Positions 24,551-35,098 of a stretch of 64,000 bases of DNA are shown in pieces. A model generated the notes under the pieces. It ran no database searches, was not told the origin of the DNA, and saw nothing but the letters and a program-made list of their open reading frames with translations. This stretch comes from Hydrolagus colliei (Eukaryota): NCBI GenBank assembly GCA_035084275.1, contig CM068760.1:2728001-2792000 (forward strand), written 5' to 3'. Both the position numbers and the translations under genes were made by a program. Each line of letters starts with the position of its first letter. The first letter of the stretch is position 1.

Positions 24551-24752
24551 AGTGGAGGCCAGGGACTGACTGTAGTGATCCAGGGACAAGGACAAACTAC
24601 TGGGCAGTTACAGCTTATCCCGCAAGGGGTATCAGTGATTCCTGGAGCCGGACAGCAGCTCATGCAGGCTGCTATGCCTAACGGAAGTATACAAAGATTC
24701 CTCTTCACGCCCTTACCAGCGGTGACCACAGCTCCAACGCCAACCACTATGG
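24551..24752 (+). CDS. BPTF: BPTF exon, 202 nt (QGLTVVIQGQGQTTGQLQLIPQG...QRFLFTPL)
   Basis: Conserved peptide, canonical splice sites. Confidence 0.93.
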
Positions 24753-24768
24753 GTGAGGTTTGCCTTTT

Positions 24769-25103
24769 AATAATAATACATAATAATAATACTTGCATTT
24801 GGTGTAGCGCTTTTCACGTCTTCTAGACTGTGTCTCAAAGCGCTTCACAGAATATACTGTAATGTGAATTGACTGTATACTTGTGGGCGAAACGCGGCAG
24901 CCGATTGCGAACAGCAGCGTCCCCACAAACAGTCGTGGATTGAAATGATTTAAATTTTTTTATTATGGTGTGGGGTTTTTTTGGAGGGATTTTTATTAGG
25001 CGTGTGTGTGGAGTAAGGAAACTTGCCTAAGGTTTTGCCCTGACCTGCCTGGATTCGAACACAGGTCTCACGCTCGCAAGGCGAGTGCTCTAACCGCTGA
25101 CTC
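24769..25103 (-). mobile_element. Full-length SINE
   Basis: Reverse tail, core, B box (ggattcgaac) and A-box remnant. Confidence 0.9.
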
Positions 25104-25290
25104 CCACCTTTTGATGTGAAAAGCACAGCCGTATGGTATAACGTTTTAGTGTTTCATTATCATGTGTTGCGGGATTCCTCCATTCATAATGAATGTTGTC
25201 ACAGTCGTTATGTTGCGAGTCTGCTCCAGCGATACTCCCCACAAAGCAGGCTCCTTTAACCCTGTTTCTTTTGTGTCTTTGTTTTCGCAG

Positions 25291-25916
25291 CAACAACAGA
25301 ACCGAAGGCCGTGCAGGTCCAAACGCCGCTGCAGCCGCCTCCGGCTCCGGTCCCGCCGCCCGTCCAGACTCCAGCCGCCCCCCAGCCTCCGGCCTCCACG
25401 CACCCCGTGCCCATATTGCCGGCGCAACCCCAACCGGTGGCGCTGCAGCCGCAGATCCAACCCGCGGTCCAGCCTCAGGCCCCGGCGTCCGCGGCGCCTC
25501 AGGCCGCGCCGCAGGTCAGCGTGGCGGCTCCCGCGCAGCCCCAGCCCCAGGCCCCGGCCCCGCAACCGCGACCGCAAGCCCCGGCTCTGGCCGCGGCCGC
25601 CCAGCTCCAGCCCCAGCTCCAAGTCCAGGCGCAGGCGGCCACCGTGCAAACTCACATCCAGCCCCAGCTCCCGGCTGCCGTGGTCCAGCAGCAGATCCGA
25701 CTCCAGCTCCCGGTGCAGATCCAGCAGCCGGCGGGCGCCGCTCCGGTCCAGCACATCCAGAACGTGGTGAGCGTCCAGGCCGCCAGCGTGCAGGAGCAAC
25801 TGCAGAGAATCCAGCAGATCCGCGACCAGCAGCAGCAGCGCAAACAGCTGCAGATCGAAGCCAAGAGGGAGCAGTTACTGCAGACCTCCAACCAGAACGA
25901 AATCATTCAGAAGCAG
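25291..25916 (+). CDS. BPTF: BPTF exon, 626 nt, P/Q/A-rich, very GC-rich
   Basis: ORF 25311 frame. Conserved IQNVVSVQAASVQEQLQRIQQ...EIIQKQ. cgcag| acceptor, CAG|gtaacg donor. Confidence 0.92.
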
Positions 25917-26361
25917 GTAACGGCGAGCGCGGGCGCATTGTGCGCTTCAGACGGGTCGATCGGGCGATAGTTACATTAGTGCTGCCCTCGTCCCTGTTTT
26001 CCCCACTCCCCATCACCATCAAAGCTGCCTCTCCTGGCAACTCCTAATCACCCACTTCCCTCCTCCTCCCGAGATTCAATCTGGGTTATATTTGAATGGA
26101 TCAATGAAGAGGCTAATGAACTGGCGTGTCTACCAGTGGGTTAACAGATTAGCGAGATATAAATGTGTGGAAGGGATTCGCCGATCAGAATTATTATTTT
26201 TGTCCTCTCCCAAAATATTCCAGTGTGATTTCCCCCCCACCTCCCCGTTACCCCCCACCCCCCCGGCTTAGTTTTGACACCGTATGTGTTCCATGTGCCC
26301 TCGAACAGCCCTCACTCAAGTTGTCTTTTCACGTGGTTAACGGTTTGCCCTCGTCATCCAG

Positions 26362-26447
26362 GTGGTCATGAAACAAAACGCAATGATTGAGCACCTCAAA
26401 GCAAAGAACAGGATGATGTCACCTGCTGAACGGGAGGAAAATCAGAG
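26362..26447 (+). CDS. BPTF: BPTF exon, 86 nt (VVMKQNAMIEHLK...AEREENQR)
   Basis: Conserved peptide, canonical splice sites. Confidence 0.93.
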
Positions 26448-26654
26448 GTAAGTCCCTGTGCCGGGGATTGGGGCTGGGTTTCGAGACTGAAATAGATTGG
26501 AGTCAGGAGACGGCCATCTTAAGAAGTTTTAGAAATGCTAACTTATTCTGAATTTAGTATCTCAGACCCTTTGCGTTTTCCAATGTATCTGAACTCGTTG
26601 CTTTCAGTAATTTTTCTCCTGTAGCCGTAATTTTAGCAAACATTATAACCTCAT

Positions 26655-26716
26655 CAGCTTGGGACGTCCTCCCGACGTGAAAGGCGCTCTAATAGATGTA
26701 ATTTTGTTGTTGTTGT
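26655..26716 (+). mobile_element. SINE/L2 tail with (TTG)n
   Basis: gcttgggacgtcc...gtgaaaggcgctctaat...(ttg)n. Confidence 0.6.
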
Positions 26717-26986
26717 AAATCCCTCATGTATAACATGAGCAAAATTCCTCCTTGCCTTCTGTAAAACATTGGGAATTACAAGAGGGTGTGAGTTTCTGTT
26801 GACGCGTGATTGAGTCGTGTCGGTGGCCTCAACCTTTATTGGAGGAATAGATTCTACAGGAGCTGTAACCCCGCTATTTTCATTGTAAAACGGACGCAAG
26901 TAAAATGAAAAGTGCGTTCAAGAAGAATCGCATCTCATGCATGGTTTCTTCTGACTGTTTCTCTCTCTCTCTGCACGTCGATCTAG

Positions 26987-27212
26987 AATGATTGTGTGCA
27001 ATCAAGTCATGAAGTACATCCTGGACAAAATCGACAAGGAAGAAAAGCAGGCGGCCAAGAAGAGAAAGCGAGACGAGACGGTGGAACAAAAGCGCAGTAA
27101 ACAAAATGCCACCAAACTCTCCGCGTTATTGTTTAAGCACAAAGAACAGTTAAAAGCAGAAATTCTAAAGAAAAGGGCATTGTTGGACAAGGAACTTCAA
27201 ATTGAGGTGCAG
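26987..27212 (+). CDS. BPTF: BPTF exon, 226 nt (MIVCNQVMKYILDKIDK...LQIEVQ)
   Basis: Conserved coiled-coil peptide, canonical splice sites. Confidence 0.95.
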
Positions 27213-27668
27213 GTATGTACAGTATATGTGGTGGGGGGTGGGAGGAGGGGGAGCATTTGAAAAGCATTTCAGTTGTTCAAGACTTGCTTTTCCCCAAAAG
27301 TTTTCAGTTTAAAGTTTTCCAGTGACTCAGAATATTTTTGCCAGGATTTTGCTTAACTCCCAAATTGCTTCCAATACAAACGGCATGCGTTTCATGAGAG
27401 CCGTTTCCCCACTAATATGATGAGGTCGGTATTGTAATGTTGCCTTGAGCCTGTTAATCATTCACATCTTCAAAGCTGAGGTGGATGGATGTTTGTTAGG
27501 TCAGAGTATTGAGTGATACAGGGCAAGAGGACTTGAGGTACGGAGATCAGCCACGATGTGAGGGAATGGGAGAGCAGGCTCGATGGCTTCCTCCTGTTTC
27601 TATTGCTGTTGGACCACACGCAGAAAGGTTTTGTGTATGTTTTGTTATTTGCTCCGTGCTCTCGCCAG

Positions 27669-27919
27669 GAGGAGTTAAAGAGAGACATGAGCAGACTGAA
27701 GAGGGAGAAAGAGAAGGTGCAGACGGCAGTGGTGCAGACAGCCACGGTGACGGCCCTGAGCGCAGTCCCGACCGCTGCCGTGCCGCAGAAACGCAAGCGA
27801 GATGAAGAGAAGGAACCCACAAAGACCAAGAAAAAGAAGATGATTTCTACTACCTCAAAAGAATCCAAGAAAGACACAAAGCTTTACTGTATCTGCAAGA
27901 CACCTTATGACGAATCAAA
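27669..27919 (+). CDS. BPTF: BPTF exon, 251 nt (EELKRD...DTKLYCICKTPYDESK), N-half of PHD finger
   Basis: Conserved peptide. AA|gtacgt donor, phase 2. Confidence 0.95.
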
Positions 27920-28211
27920 GTACGTCCTGGCGATACTTTTGTCGTTCTTCCTCTCCTTGGTTTTTTTTTCTCTCCCCACCCCCACCAACACGAACTCCCA
28001 TTCCCCCCTCCCCCCCCACCCCACCCCACACTCCCCCAGCACTGCATGGCACAGCACGTTGGCGCAGCAAAGTGTGCCTTACCTACGCCCACATGCCACC
28101 CTCCGCAGGGGTCGAGGGCTTCTGAGCGTTTGTAGCTGGTAGGGGGAGAGAGAAACGAACGTTTTATTTTAAAAAAAATTAAAAACGTACTCAGACATGT
28201 TCATTTTTCAG

Positions 28212-28385
28212 GTTCTACATTGGCTGTGATCTCTGTACGAACTGGTATCACGGAGAGTGTGTTGGTATCACAGAAAAAGAGGCTAAAAAAATGGATGAGT
28301 ACATTTGCAATGAGTGTAAACGAGCACAGGAGGGCAGCAGTGAGGAGCTGTACTGTATCTGTAGGACACCTTACGACGAATCACA
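28212..28385 (+). CDS. BPTF: BPTF exon, 174 nt, phase 2-2: C-half of one PHD plus N-half of the next
   Basis: FYIGCDLCTNWYHGECV...CNEC...LYCICRTPYDESQ. ttttcag| acceptor, CA|gtaagc donor. Confidence 0.93.
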
Positions 28386-29029
28386 GTAAGCTGAAACGCC
28401 AACGGAGACATTTTTTTTTCTCTCTTGCCCTGTGAACGCTTGTTTTTTTTTGAGTGACAAGCATGCAGTATTGTCCTCCTTAGCCGATGCTTATCTGTCT
28501 GTTGTGGGCTGTGGAAATGCTACGGGACAGTTGTGTAACTTTTTTTTTGTTAGCTTCCCTTGAAATATCTTATCTCATACCCCCCTGTGTGGCTGAGCAG
28601 GAAATTTAGCTGAGGTTGCTAGGGTGTGTTTATGTGCGAGTGTGTTTTTTTTGGTTTCTTACAAAGTTTTACCGATACTTATTTATATTAAAAAAAAGGG
28701 GGTTAAAACAGCGCTTTGGGGTGTGTTTCTGTCTGTCTGTCTACTCTTTCCCCCCCCTCCTACTCCCTCTTCGCTCAGGGTTACAGTGATATTCAGTATT
28801 GGGAGAGTTTTAGATTTATAGAATAGATTTCCTCTTTGCTCGTAACGGGTGCTGAGTCAAGTTAAGTGAGCCTTTTCCATGAGCGGATCCCGCCCAGTGG
28901 TATCTCTCTCATCTTTGAATCCAGGAGGTAAGTTTCAGCAGGCTACATATGTCCCAAGCACAGCAAAGTCACTGGATAATCAGTACTTTTTGCTGACTTC
29001 CCTCCAGGAACTAGGAATAACTTGAGGGA

Positions 29030-29204
29030 TTTTTCATTCAGTCCACGACTGTTGGTGGGACACTGCGGTGCGCAATTGGCTGCCGCTTTTCACCTCTCAC
29101 GAAAGATACGGTCAATTCACTATAGTATATTCTGTACAGTGCCGTGTGACATCCAGAAGACTTGATAAGGCGCTATATCGAAAGCAAGGATTATTATTAT
29201 TATT
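29030..29204 (+). mobile_element. SINE, 5'-truncated
   Basis: Core and (att)n tail. Confidence 0.85.
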
Positions 29205-29692
29205 TTCGCTCCGCAAACATTTGAGTTTGAATCCGCGTTCCTGCAAGCTAGGGTTCCAGATTTCTTCGTTAGGATGCAAAATCAACCTCTACATCTGGAA
29301 TTAAGTCTTGACTGCACTAGAATGTTCATTATAAGATAACGCCCTAACCGTAGCGATGTACGATTGGGCGCTTTGTGGCTTCCTTTCGCCTTTGTTTTGC
29401 GTGTACTTGTTTGCTTTTTTTTTGAGAGAAAAGAGACGCACAAGTTAACTGGCTGAAAATCATTCATCATTTTTCCTCACCAGCGTAATGAATATCAATG
29501 TCTTTGCGAATCTTTGCAGCTAGTCTGGCAAGAATCTTTTTTATTTTCTCGAGCTTGAATGCAGATTTCTTGTGAAGGAAGCTTGTTTATTGGCGCTTTT
29601 GCTTTGTGGCTGGTGACTGGTTGATTAATTGATTGATTGACAAGTGAGAAAGCTCAGAACCAAACCAGATGCCATCTCTCCCCAACCTGTAG

Positions 29693-29885
29693 ATTTTACA
29701 TCGGCTGCGATCGCTGCCAGAACTGGTATCACGGGCGTTGTGTTGGCATATTGCAGAGTGAGGCAGATCTCATCGATGAGTATGTCTGCCCTCAGTGCCA
29801 ATCTACAGAAGACGCTATGACCGTACTCAGCCCACTTTCAGACAAGGACTATGAGGGTCTTAAACGAGTGTTGCGTTCCTTACAG
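29693..29885 (+). CDS. BPTF: BPTF exon, 193 nt, PHD C-half and linker to bromodomain
   Basis: [24 protein letters not shown]...[11 protein letters not shown]...LKRVLRSLQ. Confidence 0.96.
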
Positions 29886-30182
29886 GTGAGAATGTCTCTG
29901 GAATATCTTTATAATGTCCCCCTTTCCCCCTTCCTGTGTTTTAGCTGACAGTCCTATCGTTTCCTCCCCTTTTCCAATCTCCATCGAGTGTTGTGTGTAA
30001 ATCTGTGAGGGTTTCATGGGATGTTTGGGGGGGAGGGAAGGCGGTTAAATGGAGTTGAGGTACAGCTCACCCGTGATCAAATTGAATGGCGGGACAGGCT
30101 GGAGGGGCTGAAATGGGCTGCTGGTGTTTGTAATGGAAACTTACGTAATAATAACACATTGTTTTATTCCCTCGTCCATAAG

Positions 30183-30267
30183 GCTCATAAAATGGCTTGG
30201 CCTTTCTTGGAACCAGTGGATCCCAATGATGCGCCAGATTACTACGGTATCATCAAAGAGCCGATGG
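30183..30267 (+). CDS. BPTF: BPTF exon, 85 nt, bromodomain (WPF shelf)
   Basis: [28 protein letters not shown]. Confidence 0.96.
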
Positions 30268-31336
30268 GTGAGTTAACGGTTCGGCCTCGTACAGAGTTAC
30301 CGTGTCTCGGCCGATTGTCTAACACCGACTGTACTGTCGGGAGTTGCTTCTTGTGACATGTTCATGGGTGTGTGTTGTTCTCCTGCCCCCCACTCACCGC
30401 CTATCCAGTGTACCCCAATATCAGTCCAGTCTTCCCACATTTCACATTCCCACCTTAGTTTATTGCACTGAGTTAGCTCAGAGACAACAATGTAGGCGAT
30501 GTGCATTGAGGTATACCAGCGAGTTGGGGAATGGAGCACTCGTTGCAGTGGCAATAACAACCAATTTGGGGGGTTGGTGGGGAGGAGAGTGGAAAGGAAA
30601 CAGTCAGCGTGTGTGTAATGTGGTGCAATTAACTTGGAGAGTCGAGGTGGTAACGAAACACTGATCTCCCCAAAGTGTGAATCGATCCACAATGCAAAGC
30701 GTGGCTCATAAGAGTATTTTGTTTTCTCGAGAAGCATTTGATTGTGTTGCACCTCGACTGTTAACAACAGCACAAAACCCGCTCCGTGCTGTGCTGGTGA
30801 TGATAAGACGCGTGAATCTCCGAAATTTTCAGTCTCCCGTTTCTTTGTGGCGTTGAATTGGTCGGAAGAGGAGAAAGAAACCGAACGAGGGATGGTAAAC
30901 GAGACGCGGGTGGCTGCCCGGCTGGCTCTGGGTGTTTATGCGGTGGTGACAAATGAAGGACATAAAAATACCTGGATGACAGCACTTTTCATCTCCAGCC
31001 CTTTCACACTGAAGTAGTTCTGGTCTCGTGGGTGACATTTATTTGGAGGCAGCGGGTCAGGGGGAGGCAGCAATAACAATCTGTTTCCGCGGGACATTAA
31101 GCCGGATAAAATTGAACATCTCTCACTTTACACAAGAGACCTCAAGCGACCTCTGGGGAGAGAAGGTTCAGTAGCTCAGATCAAACCAATGGAGTCAGAA
31201 ACACTTTGTGATTTCATTAACTTCCAACGCTCGAACCCGTCCGTTCAAACCACCAAAGAGAATGCTTCCATTTTCCAAAAATAGGGCAACTATTTATTAT
31301 CTGAACTATCCGAGGACACAGTTATAGCTCCTTTAG

Positions 31337-31362
31337 GTGTATGTGTGTGTGTGTGTGTGTGT
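31337..31362. repeat. (TG)n microsatellite
   Basis: Direct inspection. Confidence 0.9.
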
Positions 31363-31769
31363 TTTCCTCTTGAAATTGGTGACTAGGCTAAGATTTGGAG
31401 AGATCCCCTTTTTGGTTTGCCATCCGTCCAAAGCAGAAGAGAAAGAGAGAGAAAACGTGTCTGAGCTCATCCTCTTTCACGTGTTTATTTCTTCCGTGAC
31501 CTGCTTAAACCCCTCCAACCTCTCCCAGGTTCAGTTCTAAAGATTTCTCCGTCAGGTTTTTGTCAAAATTATTTTAATGGTGAAAATAAACAAATGGTCA
31601 ATACATCGGCTGTCATAATGCAAGGACTGTTTTTATTATTATTATTATTGACATTCCCAGTTGAATGTTCTAATCAACGCAACTTTTGATTTTGAAAGAG
31701 AAATTTTCGGCGTGTTTTATTGCGTAACGCTTCTCTTTCTCTCAACTTTTCTCAAAAAAAATAATGATT

Positions 31770-31950
31770 AGGTTCAGACAGTCCACGACTGATTGTTTTG
31801 CCCACGAAATAACACAGCCAGTTCACTTTACCGTATATTCTATATTCTACATACGGTAAAGTGTACCGTATACTTTACGGTGTAAAGTGTACCGTATCAA
31901 ACTCATAATGAAGCACTATATCCAATGCAGGGATTATTATTATTATTATT
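31770..31950 (+). mobile_element. Rearranged SINE fragment
   Basis: ccacgactg...gcccac...ttcactttac and tail, with an internal fold-back insertion. Confidence 0.65.
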
Positions 31951-31985
31951 TATTTCATTAAAAAAAATTCAATTGCAAACCACAG

Positions 31986-32172
31986 ATCTTGCCACTATGG
32001 AAGAAAGAGTTCAACGTCGCTTTTACAAGAAACTGACGGACTTTGTTGGTGATATGACCAAAATCTTTGACAACTGCCGTTACTACAATCCCAGCGATTC
32101 ACCGTTTTACCAGTGTGCAGAGATCCTAGAGTCATTTTTTGTACAGAAACTGAAGACTTTCAAGGCGAATAG
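31986..32172 (+). CDS. BPTF: BPTF exon, 187 nt, bromodomain (CRYYN acetyl-lysine Asn)
   Basis: [17 protein letters not shown]...[20 protein letters not shown]. Confidence 0.96.
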
Positions 32173-32404
32173 GTGAGGCAGAGCGGCTGATGGTGGGTGC
32201 ACTTTGTAAACTCTCTTTTTCTTTCGAGTGTTTTTCTTGTAACTGTATTTGATCCCCGCCCGCCCTGGAAATCTCTTCTCGAAGTTTCGCCATTCCATTG
32301 TAACTTGCGCTTAATGCTCATTGGTTTGGGTTTAAGCGATCTGCTCTGCACCACGTGATGGGGGCGCTGTATAAATGCGAGTTATTATGGAAACCTTGCA
32401 ACCT

Positions 32405-32720
32405 GGAGCTCCTATAGCTCAGTGGTAAGAGCGCTCGCCTTACAAAGATGAGAGACAGGTGTTCGAATCCTGGCAGATCAGGGCAAGTTTCCTTACTGCG
32501 CACGCCTAATAATAATCCGTCCAAAAAAACCTACAGTAATAAAATTGGTCATTTCAATCCTCGACTGTTTGTGGGGACGCCGCTGTGCGCAATTGGCTGC
32601 CGAGTTTCGCCCACAAATATGCAGTCAATACACTTTACAGTATATTCTGTGAAGCGCTTTGAGACGTTGATAAGATGTGAAAAGCGCTGTATCAAATGCA
32701 AGGATTATTATTATTATTAT
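32405..32720 (+). mobile_element. Full-length SINE with intact Pol III A/B boxes
   Basis: TAGCTCAGTGG, GTTCGAATCC, core and (att)n tail. Confidence 0.92.
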
Positions 32721-33198
32721 ACAATAATTGACACAACAAAAGTTGTTTTTAAAAAAACATACGAGGTGCGGTCTCTGCATATTGACGGCCACCTCAGGCC
32801 TGATGATCCAAATGCTCGGGGGGGTGGGGGGGGGTAGGCGAGGAAATGGGGGAGTGAATGACAAGCTCATGCTGTGCAATCACCTGCGGAATCCTTCCAA
32901 TCTGAAAGGCGCTGGAGTGTATATAACTGTCATTGTTGTTGTTGCTCGGCTGCCTCCTGTCGGGAGCGAATGTGGTTTTGTTTTGCGAGAGACTGAAATG
33001 CATGTTTCTGAATTGACATCATGTTAAACTTGCTGCTAACCTTTGGGAGCTGCCAATGTTCGTTCTCCCCCCCACCCACCCCACCCCCCCACCCCCCCAC
33101 CGCCAGTGTTTGGATGCCTTGCGTGTCTCCAGCAGCCCAATGTTAATGGAACAAAAGACGCTAAAACTGTTTTTCCCTTTTATGCTCCCTCCTCATAG

Positions 33199-33211
33199 GT
33201 CTCATTCCTAA
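33199..33211 (+). CDS. BPTF: BPTF last coding exon portion (R-S-H-S-stop)
   Basis: cctcatag|G TCT CAT TCC TAA. RSH matches the vertebrate BPTF terminal exon. Confidence 0.8.
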
Positions 33212-34336
33212 CAGACTACACACTCTACTGCGTAGGTGGCAACACTCTCTGGACTTCTAAAAAGAATCAAAAATCGTACAAAGCGTGAATAACAGGAATC
33301 CTGTTTCCAAGAGTGCAGCAAGAAACAGCTGATGTCCCCGTTTCCCCCCCACCCACGCTCTCCTCCTTCCTCCACCCCCCCCCTCCCTCTTTCCCTCCTC
33401 CCTCCCTCCCTCTCTGAGGCAGATACACTGAGTCAGGCTTTCCTGACTGACTGACCTTAACCAGCGCTGTTGTTCAACTGAATCAGATCTACGCCCCGTT
33501 CTGCTTGTTAGAAGCTCAAAAGGGAGAGTTTGGAAGAAGACGGAAGAGAAAGAAGCCTGTTTTCCCAGCCCCGCTTTTGACTGTTGCAGCCTCCCCTCGC
33601 CCCCCCCCCCCCCCCCCCCCACCGTGTGTGGAGCGGATCTCCTGAGAGGCATCCCTGTGCGCCTTTATTTTTGTTCCAACAGAGAGGGTTGGCTTCAGTT
33701 TTCCCAGAGGAATTCATCACCACAGTTCTTCAGTGAAGAAGCTGTCTGTCTGCACGCTGTCTGTAATGAAACAACCCTGTTTAAGTTTGACAGCTGTATT
33801 TATTTATTACTGAGAAAAGATGAAGCTTTCTTTTTTTTAGAATCTTCTGCTCTCGTTTGTCAACTAATTATGTGCTTTTTTTCTTTCTTTACCCCCCCCC
33901 CCCCCACCCATACCTCCACCCCCACTGCTCCCACCCCACCCATACCCCCATCCACCCCTCACCTGATATTCCCCACCCATACCCCCACTGCCCCCCCCAC
34001 ATCCCACCCATACCCGCACTCCCCCACCCCACCCCCGCCCCAACCCATTGATATATAGAAAAAAAGACCCCATTTGCAGATAAGCTGGTCTTTTCTTTTT
34101 ATGTAATTACTATAGGTAACGGCCAGTGCTGAACCCTTTGTCCTTTCTTTCTTTGAAAGGAGTCATTTCACATAGATGGACATGCACACACGTATGTGTG
34201 TGTGTGTGTGTGCGTATACACAAACACACATCCCACGCACGCTTGCACACAGACAGCGGGCACACTGTGTGCTTGTCTGCACACACGCTAATGCGCAGTC
34301 AGCCGCACTGCAGGCAACATTATGCGCGAAACACAC

Positions 34337-34363
34337 CACACACACACACACACACACACACAC
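34337..34363. repeat. (CA)n microsatellite in 3' UTR
   Basis: Direct inspection. Confidence 0.9.
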
Positions 34364-34638
34364 GAGTGTGAACTGGGATCCGAGGAGTGCGTTTCCTTAT
34401 TCTAACCAATCTGGATTGAGACAGAAGCTGACGGCAGCTTCCGGGGTTTAGGTTACTATGGCAGCAGCAGCACTAGAAAACTGTCAATCACTCTGCAGAA
34501 TTTGACCGACTGATATGGAAGCGGTGTGTACTGAAGGTATCTTGTATGTAAACATTTTGTCGGAAGCTGAATAATTTTTTTTTTTGTTTCTGTTTTTTTT
34601 TTGTATTAAGGTTCAGAAATATTGATGTATATGAAACC

Positions 34639-34644
34639 AATAAA
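34639..34644 (+). terminator. Polyadenylation signal (proximal candidate)
   Basis: AATAAA preceded by TGTA motifs, GT-rich sequence about 40 nt downstream. Confidence 0.4.
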
Positions 34645-35092
34645 CGGAGGAAACCATTAACTCCCAACAGAGAAAGGCGCAAGTGTTTCTGTACATGCTT
34701 AAATTAACACAGTGCGAGACCCAGCGTCTCGTTTCTCTCTCTCTCTCTCTCTCAAAACAATTCCAGCCAAGCCAACAATTTGGAGAAAGTGTGAGGGCAC
34801 TTTTTAAATTTGAAATGCTGCATATTGTAGGCATTTGTAACGATTTTTTTTTTAAAAAGGGGAAATCTCTGAACTATCTCTTTGAGTTGTGAAACACTGC
34901 ACATCTCTTCACCACATCGCAGTATTTCTGTACTATTTATTCATATCTACAAACTTATTCGTTTTGAGTAATGTTGCAAAAAAAAATCTTTTCCTACCTG
35001 TAGGTAATAGATTCCTATCTATGTTTTTAACAGATTGTGGCAACTATGAGGAGTAAATTCTTTTGTACTTGATAGGACATTTCATCCTAGAC

Positions 35093-35098
35093 AATAAA
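35093..35098 (+). terminator. Polyadenylation signal (distal)
   Basis: AATAAA with upstream TGTA and downstream GU/U-rich sequence. Confidence 0.65.

Noticed and set aside
25146-26047. Overlapping 202-284 aa ORFs in other frames and antisense
   Set aside because: Extreme GC content removes stop codons. Only the 25311 frame splices in phase and matches BPTF.
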